DNA from: Candidatus Kapaibacterium sp.
GTDB lineage: Bacteria; Bacteroidota; Ignavibacteria; Kapaibacteriales; UBA2268
Assembly (NCBI GenBank): GCA_963665665.1
Contig: OY762428.1
Span: 2,873,100-2,937,099 of the forward strand
DNA: 64,000 bases
Direction: 5' to 3'
Shown here: positions 54,547 to 62,686 of the stretch, piece by piece
How positions within the stretch are numbered: the stretch's first letter is position 1
How the letters are laid out: each line of letters starts with the position of its first letter
Translations under genes and position numbers: made by a program
The notes under the pieces: generated by a model
Told to the model about the DNA's origin: nothing
The model's input: the letters and a program-made list of their open reading frames with translations, nothing else
Databases searched by the model: none

Positions 54547-57500
54547 TTACATACAGTTAGGATCTGGCATTTCATCCACATATCCATGAATATCATTTTT
54601 AGAATGAATTTGTATGTAAACGATTGGAATAATAATCCTTCCAGTTTTATCAATAAAGCCGTATTTCCCATCTTTTGCTACTTTTGCCAGTCCTTTATAA
54701 AAATAATCTGCATAGTCATATTCAACAGGTACTAATACTTTGCCGCTTTTATCTATAAAGCCGTATTTCCCATCTTTTGCTACTTTTGCTAGGCCTTCGC
54801 TGAAAGAAGAGACATGATCATATTCAACAGGTACTATTACTTTACCGCTTTTATCTATAAAACCCCACTTATCACCTTTTCTTACTCTTGCAAAACCTTC
54901 ATGGAAAAAAATGCATCCATCATATTCAACAGGTACTATTACTTTTCCGCTTTTATCAATAAAACCGTATTTCCCATCTTTTTCTACTATTGCTAGGCCT
55001 TCGCTGAAAGAAGAGACATAATTATATTCAGGTACTATTACTTTGCCGCTTTTATCTATAAAACCGTATTTCCCATCTTTTTCTACTATTGCTAGGCCTT
55101 CGCTGAAATAAGAGACATAATTATATTCGAAAGGTACTATTACTTTGCCGCTTTTATCTAAAAAGCCGTATTTGCCATCTTTTTCTACTCGTGCAAGACC
55201 TTCGTTAAAAGAATCGACATAATCATATACAAGGGGTATTACTAGTTTACCCCTTTTGTCTATAAACCCATATTTCCCATCTTTAGAAACTTTCGAAAGC
55301 CCATCGCTGAAACCATAGAAAAACTCATTATCATAATCAAGCGACATAATTTCCTTACCGCCTTTATTTATAATAAATCTTTTCCCATCTTTCATAACTT
55401 TAGCGTAGTCATCTTCATAGAAATGAAATTTTTTATCATATATTAATGGAATTACTACTTTACCGTTTTTATCAACCGATCCCCATTTTCCTTTTTTTTG
55501 AATTTGAATTAAATCACCATCTCTGAAACAAGAGACTTTATTATATTTCAATGGAATGACAAATTTTCCTTTCTTATTAATAAAGCCTAAACTACTTCCG
55601 ACTTCCACTTCTGCAAGACCGTCGCGGAAAAAATCAATCCAATCATATTCGAAAGGTATTACGACTTTACCACTTTTATCAATAAAGCCATATTTCCCAT
55701 CTTTTTTTACTCCTGCAAGACCTTCTCTGAACCAATTTGCATCTTCATATTCGAAAGGTATTACGACTTTACCACTTTTATCAATAAAGCCATATTTCCC
55801 ATCTTTTTTTACTCCTGCAAGACCTTCTCTGAACCAATTTGCATCTTCATATTCGAAAGGTATTACGACTTTACCACTTTTATCAATAAAGCCAAATTTT
55901 CCATCTATTCTTACACTTGCAAGACCTTCTCTGAACCAATATGCTTCTTCATATTCAAATGGAATAATTTCCTGACCATTATTTTTAATATCAATATAAC
56001 CCCATTTCTCTGATTTTTTTGCTAGAACAATTCCTTCTGAAAGTGAATTGTATTCTATTCTTTCGTATTCAGGTGGAACTATTGTTTTCCCAGTTCTATC
56101 AATAAGTCCTCTACCTCCATTTGTTTTTCCTACTTCAAAATATTCATTATATGATCCAGTAATTGAACGATATTTAAAATCAACAACTACTTCACCTAAG
56201 CTGTCAATTATTCCATCATACCCTTTTGTATCTGTTACATGTGCCAAACCATTATGATAATTAAAGGCATTAATATATATAAATGGAATTACGACTTCTC
56301 CTTTTTTATTAATATATCCATACTTTCCATCCTTTTTGACATATGCTAATCCTTCAGAGAAATTTCCCACTGAAGATTTATCATATATAGGTTTATATTT
56401 AGATTCATAAATATCATATTTAATAGGAATGACGACTTTTCCAGTAGAATCTATATATCCGGTTTTACCGTATTTTTCAACCCTAACCAGCCCTTCGTTG
56501 TAGTTACCAATAAAATCATAGTCTAATGGAAAAACTACAGCTCCCGAGGTATCTATATATTTCCATACTCCTTCTTCTTTAACTCTTGCAATGCCTTCTT
56601 GAAAATCACTCACTTCTTCATACTTAGTGGCAATTACACCTTTCCCTGTTGTGTCTATAAACCCCCACCCATTCAAATAACCGCCTTTTGCATGTTTTAC
56701 TTTAGCAAAACCATTTTTAAAATTATTAATAATTTCATATTCGACAGGTAATACTTCTTCACCTTTGTTATTTATTATCCCATATCGATAACAACGACCT
56801 TGACAACATATACCTTGAACCCTTGCTAATTTTTGATTTAAAAATTCAATGTTAGAGTAATCAAAACTAAATAACTCATCACCGCTTTTATCAATGAAAG
56901 TCTTTTTTCCACCTATTATTACCTGGGCGATCCCATCACTGAAATCTCCAGCTTCGTCATAATCAAAAGGTATTACAACATTGCCACTCTTGTCAATAAA
57001 TCCACACTTTCCATTTTTTCTCACCTTGGCAAGTTCTTCTGAAAAGTTAAAAGGATAGTCATAAGGGATATAAACCCCGAGAGATTCCAAATTAATAACA
57101 ATATTCCCACTTTTATCTATAAAGCCGTATTTCTCATCCTTATTTACTGCTGCAAGACCTTCATGAAAATTCTCAGCCCTGTCATACTCAAACGGAATGA
57201 CTATTTTACCGGTTTTATCTATAAAGCCATATTTATTTCCTTTACGTACTCGTACAAGATTATCTGAAAATTCCCAAACTGCAGCATATTCAGAATAGAA
57301 AATGATTTTTCCGTTTTTGTCAATAAAGCCCCACTTATCATCTTTTTTTACTTTTGCCATTCCATTTTTGAAATCATGAGCTCTTTCAAATTCATAAGGA
57401 ATTACTTCATTGCCGCTCTTGTCAATAAAGCCATACTTCCCATCTTTTTCTATAGCAGCTAAATCTTCTGAAAAATCATTGCTTTTATAAAATTTGAAAG

Positions 57501-57951
57501 ATATTAACAACTTTCCTTTTTTATCTATGTATCCTGACTCTTTATTATTATAAACTCTTGCGAGTCCACAACTAAAATCTCTTGCCTCAGTGTATTTTAT
57601 TGGAATTACTACTTTGCCGCTTCTATCTATAAAGCCGTAATCACGATCTTTTTTCACTAATGCAAGTTCATCGCTGAAAGATCCGGCCTTATCATATTCT
57701 AAGGGAACAACAATTTCTCCATCATTATTAATAAAGCCCCATTTCCCATTACTACTTACTCTCGCAAGCCCTGAATGAAAATCACCCACAAATTCGAATT
57801 CTTCTCTAAAAGTAAGAAAGACATCTCCATCTTTATCAAGAAAATGGAATTGCCCTTTTCCATCATTTGCAATAAAAGCAATATCTTTATTATTATCACA
57901 TGCAGAGATTAGTATTATCATAAAACTTAAAATAATTGAAATTCTGGTCAT
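54547..57951 (-). CDS. WG-repeat (KWG) lipoprotein, 1134 aa
   Basis: Lipobox ILISAC. About 30 units of about 34-35 aa of the form GLA.V.KDGKYGFIDKSGKVVIPFEYD. Confidence 0.85.
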   Translation of the reverse strand: MTRISIILSFMIILISACDNNKDIAFIANDGKGQFHFLDKDGDVFLTFREEFEFVGDFHSGLARVSSNGKWGFINNDGEIVVPLEYDKAGSFSDELALVKKDRDYGFIDRSGKVVIPIKYTEARDFSCGLARVYNNKESGYIDKKGKLLISFKFYKSNDFSEDLAAIEKDGKYGFIDKSGNEVIPYEFERAHDFKNGMAKVKKDDKWGFIDKNGKIIFYSEYAAVWEFSDNLVRVRKGNKYGFIDKTGKIVIPFEYDRAENFHEGLAAVNKDEKYGFIDKSGNIVINLESLGVYIPYDYPFNFSEELAKVRKNGKCGFIDKSGNVVIPFDYDEAGDFSDGIAQVIIGGKKTFIDKSGDELFSFDYSNIEFLNQKLARVQGICCQGRCYRYGIINNKGEEVLPVEYEIINNFKNGFAKVKHAKGGYLNGWGFIDTTGKGVIATKYEEVSDFQEGIARVKEEGVWKYIDTSGAVVFPLDYDFIGNYNEGLVRVEKYGKTGYIDSTGKVVIPIKYDIYESKYKPIYDKSSVGNFSEGLAYVKKDGKYGYINKKGEVVIPFIYINAFNYHNGLAHVTDTKGYDGIIDSLGEVVVDFKYRSITGSYNEYFEVGKTNGGRGLIDRTGKTIVPPEYERIEYNSLSEGIVLAKKSEKWGYIDIKNNGQEIIPFEYEEAYWFREGLASVRIDGKFGFIDKSGKVVIPFEYEDANWFREGLAGVKKDGKYGFIDKSGKVVIPFEYEDANWFREGLAGVKKDGKYGFIDKSGKVVIPFEYDWIDFFRDGLAEVEVGSSLGFINKKGKFVIPLKYNKVSCFRDGDLIQIQKKGKWGSVDKNGKVVIPLIYDKKFHFYEDDYAKVMKDGKRFIINKGGKEIMSLDYDNEFFYGFSDGLSKVSKDGKYGFIDKRGKLVIPLVYDYVDSFNEGLARVEKDGKYGFLDKSGKVIVPFEYNYVSYFSEGLAIVEKDGKYGFIDKSGKVIVPEYNYVSSFSEGLAIVEKDGKYGFIDKSGKVIVPVEYDGCIFFHEGFARVRKGDKWGFIDKSGKVIVPVEYDHVSSFSEGLAKVAKDGKYGFIDKSGKVLVPVEYDYADYFYKGLAKVAKDGKYGFIDKTGRIIIPIVYIQIHSKNDIHGYVDEMPDPNCM
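55643..55892 (-). repeat. perfect 102-bp tandem repeat (2.4 copies) inside the WG-repeat gene
   Basis: 55643-55744 equals 55745-55846, and the third copy is identical to about 55892. Encodes GKYGFIDKSGKVVIPFEYEDANWFREGLAGVKKD twice. Confidence 0.9.
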
Positions 57952-58021
57952 GATTACCTCAAGGATATTTTCAAAAGTTTTTATTTTCCCTTAATTTACT
58001 AAATATTTGTTAACTCTCAAA

Positions 58022-58059
58022 CACCCAATCCCCACACTGAGTGCATTTCATAATACCCG
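58022..58059 (+). promoter_or_regulatory. phage promoter-like bipartite element, copy F (plus-strand arm)
   Basis: CACCCAATC CCCACA CTGAGTGCATTTCATAA TACCCG, about 90 nt upstream of 58147. Confidence 0.55.
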
Positions 58060-58146
58060 GTCTTTGATTTGTTTTGCAAAGGATTCAGCTAATTCTGGAA
58101 AATTGATACAGGTTTATAGCTGATTCAGAATAAAAGCAATACAACA

Positions 58147-58860
58147 ATGGACGGTTTTATGAACAGGTTAACACCAAAACAAATCTATAATGAGCTTAGC
58201 GAAGTCTATGACCGGAGCTATGGCAGCAGGATACATGAGCTTGAGGATGATTATATTTACAGCTTCCTTGCTGAACACGGTTTTACAAAAGGCTGTCTTC
58301 TTGATTTAGGTTCCGGTACAGGTTCGATATTAAATCATGTCGGAATCAGGAAAGAAGATTATACCGGAATTGATGTTTCCGACAAGATGATCGAGATCAG
58401 CAAAAAGAAGTTTCCGGGATACAATTTTGCAATCGCTACTATGACCAACCTTCCTTTCGAAGATGAATCATTTGATAATGTCATTTCACTATTCGGCAGT
58501 TTTACATATGCCTATAAGCCCGGCAAAGCAGTTAAGGAACTGGATAGGGTTTTAAAGCCGAACGGTAAGTTCCTGATCATGGCTTGCGGAAAGAAGTACA
58601 AGTACAGGGAATCCTATATCCTGAATAAATTCGATATTGAAAGCCCGGCAAGGTTCTTTTCCAGAGATGAGCTAAAGGATTTATTCTTTGGATTCAGCAA
58701 TGTAAAGATATTCAGCATGACATGGTTAAGTGAAAAGCTTGCTGAAATACTTCCATACCGTTTAGACAGATTATACCACAACTTTGAAACAAAGTATCTA
58801 AGCCGGTTCATTCCCGAACAGTTTTACTTCCACATAATAATAGGACAGAAAGATGCCTAA
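58147..58860 (+). CDS. class I SAM-dependent methyltransferase (Methyltransf_11-like)
   Basis: LLDLGSGTGSIL motif I and VLKPNGKFLI. Confidence 0.75.
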   Translation: MDGFMNRLTPKQIYNELSEVYDRSYGSRIHELEDDYIYSFLAEHGFTKGCLLDLGSGTGSILNHVGIRKEDYTGIDVSDKMIEISKKKFPGYNFAIATMTNLPFEDESFDNVISLFGSFTYAYKPGKAVKELDRVLKPNGKFLIMACGKKYKYRESYILNKFDIESPARFFSRDELKDLFFGFSNVKIFSMTWLSEKLAEILPYRLDRLYHNFETKYLSRFIPEQFYFHIIIGQKDA

Positions 58861-59998
58861 GCATTATAGAATTGAAAATGTATTTGATGCAGCTCTGGAC
58901 AGGATGATTAAGCTGTATGAAGATGGTCACAGGGTAGTAGTATCATTCTCTGGTGGCAAGGATTCCGGTATTTGCGTTGAGCTTGCCATTATTGCCGCTA
59001 CTCTAACAAATAAACTACCTGTTGAAGTGGTTATGAGGGATGAGGAAATAATGTATCCCGGAACATTTGAATATGCAGTAAGGATAGCTAATAGACCGGA
59101 AGTTAAGTTCTACTGGTATTATGCAAATCAGCCTATTGTGAATATCTTCAACAGACAGAATCCTTATTTCTGGGTTTTCGATCCGAAGCTGCCACCTGAA
59201 AAATGGGTACGACAACCTCCTGATTTTGCAGTTAAGATACCCGAGCAAAGCATACAGGGATTAATCGGACAGAATAAATTCCCTCCTGCTGAAGGTAAAA
59301 AACTTATAGCTGTAATTGGACTCAGAACAGATGAATCCATGCTAAGGAAAATGGGTTTGATGTCCAGTAAAGGATATGTCACCAAAGGTAAAAGCTCTTA
59401 TGGAACATATAACGCAAGACCGATTTATGACTGGTCGGACGGGGATGTGTGGAAGGCTATCAGGGATAATAACTGGGATTACAACAAAGCTTATGATGTT
59501 ATGCACAGGCTGGGTATCAGCAGGAATAAGCTTAGAATAGCGCCTCCTACATTAGCAGCTGCAGCTATAGACGGTATGTCTATGGCAGCCAAAGCATGGC
59601 CTCAATGGTTTGATAAAGTATGTCAGAGATTACCCGGGGTAAGGACAGCAAGTATGTTCGGCAGAAGATCAGTTGAACCGATCAGGAAACTCGGGGAATC
59701 ATGGAAAGACTGTTTCCACAGGACTTGTATAGATGAAGCTCCGGATTGGATAGCAGAAAGATCAAGGAAGTTAGCTACCTATGTTTTGATGAACCATAAA
59801 AGGCATTCCACCGAAGCATTTCCGGAAGTTACAAAATGTCCTAAGTGTCAGATGACATCATCATGGAAGAATCTGGCAAAGATCATGTATATGGGGGAAC
59901 CTTTCTCCATGAAAGTGAAAGTTGATGTACTGCCTTATGTGGAACCGGAATATTTCAGGGAAGGGGCCGGAACCTGGGGCGGAAAACCCACCTGGTAG
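58853..59998 (+). CDS. PAPS-reductase-family (PP-loop ATPase) protein, IbrA-like
   Basis: PP-loop VVSFSGGKDSG with a large C-terminal extension. 8-nt overlap with the upstream methyltransferase. Confidence 0.75.
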   Translation: MPKHYRIENVFDAALDRMIKLYEDGHRVVVSFSGGKDSGICVELAIIAATLTNKLPVEVVMRDEEIMYPGTFEYAVRIANRPEVKFYWYYANQPIVNIFNRQNPYFWVFDPKLPPEKWVRQPPDFAVKIPEQSIQGLIGQNKFPPAEGKKLIAVIGLRTDESMLRKMGLMSSKGYVTKGKSSYGTYNARPIYDWSDGDVWKAIRDNNWDYNKAYDVMHRLGISRNKLRIAPPTLAAAAIDGMSMAAKAWPQWFDKVCQRLPGVRTASMFGRRSVEPIRKLGESWKDCFHRTCIDEAPDWIAERSRKLATYVLMNHKRHSTEAFPEVTKCPKCQMTSSWKNLAKIMYMGEPFSMKVKVDVLPYVEPEYFREGAGTWGGKPTW

Positions 59999-60084
59999 TT
60001 GATAGTGGACAGTTGAAAGTGGACAGTGAGAAGAGAATAAAAGAAAAAATTAACTATCAACTATCAATTATCAACTTTCAACTG
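59997..60084. repeat. heptad-word inverted arrays, site 3
   Basis: agTTGATAG TGGACAG TTGAAAG TGGACAG TGAGAAG, then an A-rich 19-nt spacer, then TTAACTA TCAACTA TCAATTA TCAACTT TCAACTG. Confidence 0.8.
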
Positions 60085-60155
60085 AAATTCGGCGTAAATA
60101 CTTGATAAATATAGGTTTACATACAATAATAAAATAGAGTAACCGTCTTAAATAT

Positions 60156-60443
60156 ATGGAACTTACATCATTTATAGAATTCATTGACAGCCAGAAATGG
60201 ATATTTGCAAAGACTTATGCAAATAAAGCTCCTCATTCTTACTGCTTGAAGAAAAACTGTGAGGATATTGAGCGCTTCAATCAGGCTGTACAGTTTATCC
60301 GGGACAACGGAGTCAAAGAATTCTTCTATCGCAAAGCATTCATATACTTTTATCATGACGGTTACAAGTACTGGACTATGGGAGCGCCCATAGCTCAGAC
60401 AATACTAATTAACCGGACAAATGATTTTAGTAAATATGAGTGA
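60156..60443 (+). CDS. small phage protein, hypothetical
   Basis: 95 aa, with WIFAKTYANKAPHSYCL..YWTMG. I recall this family as commonly lying next to phage DNA methylases; that is not verified. Confidence 0.5.
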   Translation: MELTSFIEFIDSQKWIFAKTYANKAPHSYCLKKNCEDIERFNQAVQFIRDNGVKEFFYRKAFIYFYHDGYKYWTMGAPIAQTILINRTNDFSKYE

Positions 60444-60448
60444 TTTGA

Positions 60449-61129
60449 ATGAAGACATTTGATGACGGAAAATGGCTCTACGGTGATTCCTGGGAACGTT
60501 TCCCGATAGAGACTGGTCAAGTATGGCGTGCAGGAAATAACGTCGTCTCGGCAAGGGATTTAACTCATTTGGGCAGTCTGAACTTTCTCGGCAGGGCAAA
60601 GTTCGATATGTCCTATATCGATCCTCCCTGGAATACCGGCAATATCAATTCCTTTTACACAAAAGCAGGTTTATCCGAAAGAAAGCAGTTTAACTCATTT
60701 ATTGAGAAACTGATCATTCTTATCAGGAAGCATTCCCCTTATGTGAACTATCTTGAGATGGGAAAACAGAACCTTGAATATGTAAAGGATCTGATCTACA
60801 AGCATAATGGAATAGTCACTAATGTATGGAAGATAAAATACTATCGTAAGCATGATTGCTACCTGATACGGTATTCCTTTACCTATCCGGATATGCTTGA
60901 TTATAACTTTACCGGAATGGATGACGAATTGACTCCCAAGATGGCAATCTTCATGGAAAAGAATGTTGAGAATGTTCTCGATCTCTGTACAGGACGAGGA
61001 CTAACGGGAAGAACAGCCTTTGCACTGGGTAAAGAGTTTTTCGGAATCGAACTGAATAAGAGAAGATTAGCCAATCTGCTTGATTTCTACAGTAAACAAG
61101 GTTTAACCATTAATAAATTGAGAGGATAA
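60449..61129 (+). CDS. DNA methyltransferase (DPPW motif; beta-class N6A/N4C or MT-A70-like)
   Basis: The catalytic motif SYIDPPWNTGN precedes the SAM motif VLDLCTGRGLTG. Confidence 0.7.
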   Translation: MKTFDDGKWLYGDSWERFPIETGQVWRAGNNVVSARDLTHLGSLNFLGRAKFDMSYIDPPWNTGNINSFYTKAGLSERKQFNSFIEKLIILIRKHSPYVNYLEMGKQNLEYVKDLIYKHNGIVTNVWKIKYYRKHDCYLIRYSFTYPDMLDYNFTGMDDELTPKMAIFMEKNVENVLDLCTGRGLTGRTAFALGKEFFGIELNKRRLANLLDFYSKQGLTINKLRG

Positions 61130-61130
61130 T

Positions 61131-62000
61131 ATGAGCACTTACAACACAACACCCGAAGCTACACAGAAAGCGGTTTCCGAAAAGATTATCAAAAAAGGTA
61201 AAAAGGAAATTGACAAAAAGAATGTATCACTAGGGGAACTGAAGATTGAATATGTCGGTGTAGATAGCATCAAACCTAATAACTACAATCCTAACAGACA
61301 GAGCGAGCATGATTTTGAACTGCTTCTAAAATCTATGGAAGAGGATGGATTCACACAGCCTATCATTGTTCAGCAAGACACAAAGATGATAGTGGACGGC
61401 GAGCATAGATGGAGGGCAGCATCTACTTTAGGCTATAAGGAAATCCCTGTGGTTTTCGTTGAAATGACACCGGAACAGATGAGGATTGCCACTCTCAGGC
61501 ATAACAGGGCAAGGGGAAGTGAAGACCTGGAACTGTCCGTTCAGGTTTTACGTGACCTTCAGGAACTTGGCGCAATGGACTGGGCACAGGATTCCCTTAT
61601 GCTCTCCGATGATGAGATAAACAGGCTTCTTGAAGATATTCCCGTACCGGAAGCATTAGCCAATGAAGATTATAATCAGTCTTGGGAACCTACAGAACTT
61701 TCTGATGAAGATAGCAATGTAAACTCTACAGAAGCAAGGCCTGTTGACGGTTATACTTACGGTGGTGAAATGGTAACTGCTGCATCTTCCAAAGCTGTAG
61801 ATACCATCAAGGAAAGACAGGCTCTGATTGAACAAGCTAAAAATGAAGAAGAAAAGGAAATGGCAAAACAGCAGACAAAACTTTACAGGGTTTCCCTGAT
61901 ATTTGCCAATGAGGAAGCAGAGATCATTGAAGGAGTTCTGGGTAAGGAACCTGCCGTTAAACTGCTTGAACTGTGTAAGAAAGAACTGGGTACTGAATAA
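61131..62000 (+). CDS. ParB-like nuclease-domain protein (IbrB-like)
   Basis: ParB N-terminal domain VDSIKPNNYNPNR..GFTQPIIV..IVDGEHRWRAA. Confidence 0.75.
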   Translation: MSTYNTTPEATQKAVSEKIIKKGKKEIDKKNVSLGELKIEYVGVDSIKPNNYNPNRQSEHDFELLLKSMEEDGFTQPIIVQQDTKMIVDGEHRWRAASTLGYKEIPVVFVEMTPEQMRIATLRHNRARGSEDLELSVQVLRDLQELGAMDWAQDSLMLSDDEINRLLEDIPVPEALANEDYNQSWEPTELSDEDSNVNSTEARPVDGYTYGGEMVTAASSKAVDTIKERQALIEQAKNEEEKEMAKQQTKLYRVSLIFANEEAEIIEGVLGKEPAVKLLELCKKELGTE

Positions 62001-62686
62001 TGACCGAAGCTTGGGAAAGGCTACCGGGCGAAACCAACAAAGCTTTTAATGCTTTCTGCATATATCGTGATCTTCGTCAGAACAGAAGTTTTACCAAAGT
62101 CCAGATTCAGCTTGGCAAAAAGAGCAAGTCATACATTGCTTACTGGTCCAAGAAGTATAACTGGATCGAACGGGTCAAGGCTTTTGATGATGACGAAGAC
62201 CGCAAGAACAGGATTAAACAGCAGGAGAGCATTCAGAAGATGAACGAGAGGCAAGCCCAGCAGGCAGAGACATTCCAGAGGATATTGTTTCTGCCTGTTA
62301 CTGCTATTTCCGCAAGGCTCAAAAAAGACAGGGATAATAAAACACCAGCAATCGAGGATTTAAATCAGCTTGATACAATTCAGCTTATTGAGATGATTGG
62401 TCAGATGAGCAGGAATTACGGCAATCTTGTAAATATCGAAAGGATTGCACGTGGAGCGCCAACCGAGATCGGTAAAAGCGAGAATACTATAATAGTTCCA
62501 AACAACATTGCAAAATACGGGGAGATGGTAGCTAATGACGAAAAAGCTACAGAGAAGCTTACTGAATACCTCTTTTGCCTGGGAGACCCTGAAAACGGCA
62601 AGCCCGGCAACGATGGCGATGCACCTGTCGGACGGGAAGTATCTGATAGCTCCTCACATAAACATACTGAACAAGAAACTTCTTGA
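62000..62686 (+). CDS. putative terminase small subunit
   Basis: Position directly upstream of terL, with an N-terminal HTH-like region (NKAFNAFCIYRDLRQNRSFTKV..YWSKKYNWIERVKAFD). Confidence 0.5.
   Translation: MTEAWERLPGETNKAFNAFCIYRDLRQNRSFTKVQIQLGKKSKSYIAYWSKKYNWIERVKAFDDDEDRKNRIKQQESIQKMNERQAQQAETFQRILFLPVTAISARLKKDRDNKTPAIEDLNQLDTIQLIEMIGQMSRNYGNLVNIERIARGAPTEIGKSENTIIVPNNIAKYGEMVANDEKATEKLTEYLFCLGDPENGKPGNDGDAPVGREVSDSSSHKHTEQETS

Noticed and set aside
55556-55975. A 139-aa plus-strand ORF with its own internal protein repeats (..SYSKGITTLPLLSIKPYFPSFFTPARPSLNQFAS.. x2).
   Set aside because: It is the antisense image of the perfect 102-bp tandem repeats in the WG-repeat gene, so the repeats are inherited from the other strand.
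54600-57900. Highly periodic nucleotide repeats that could be mistaken for a CRISPR array or a satellite.
   Set aside because: The repeats are in frame within one continuous ORF (WG-repeat units of about 102-105 nt). There are no unique spacers of CRISPR size and no cas genes in the window.
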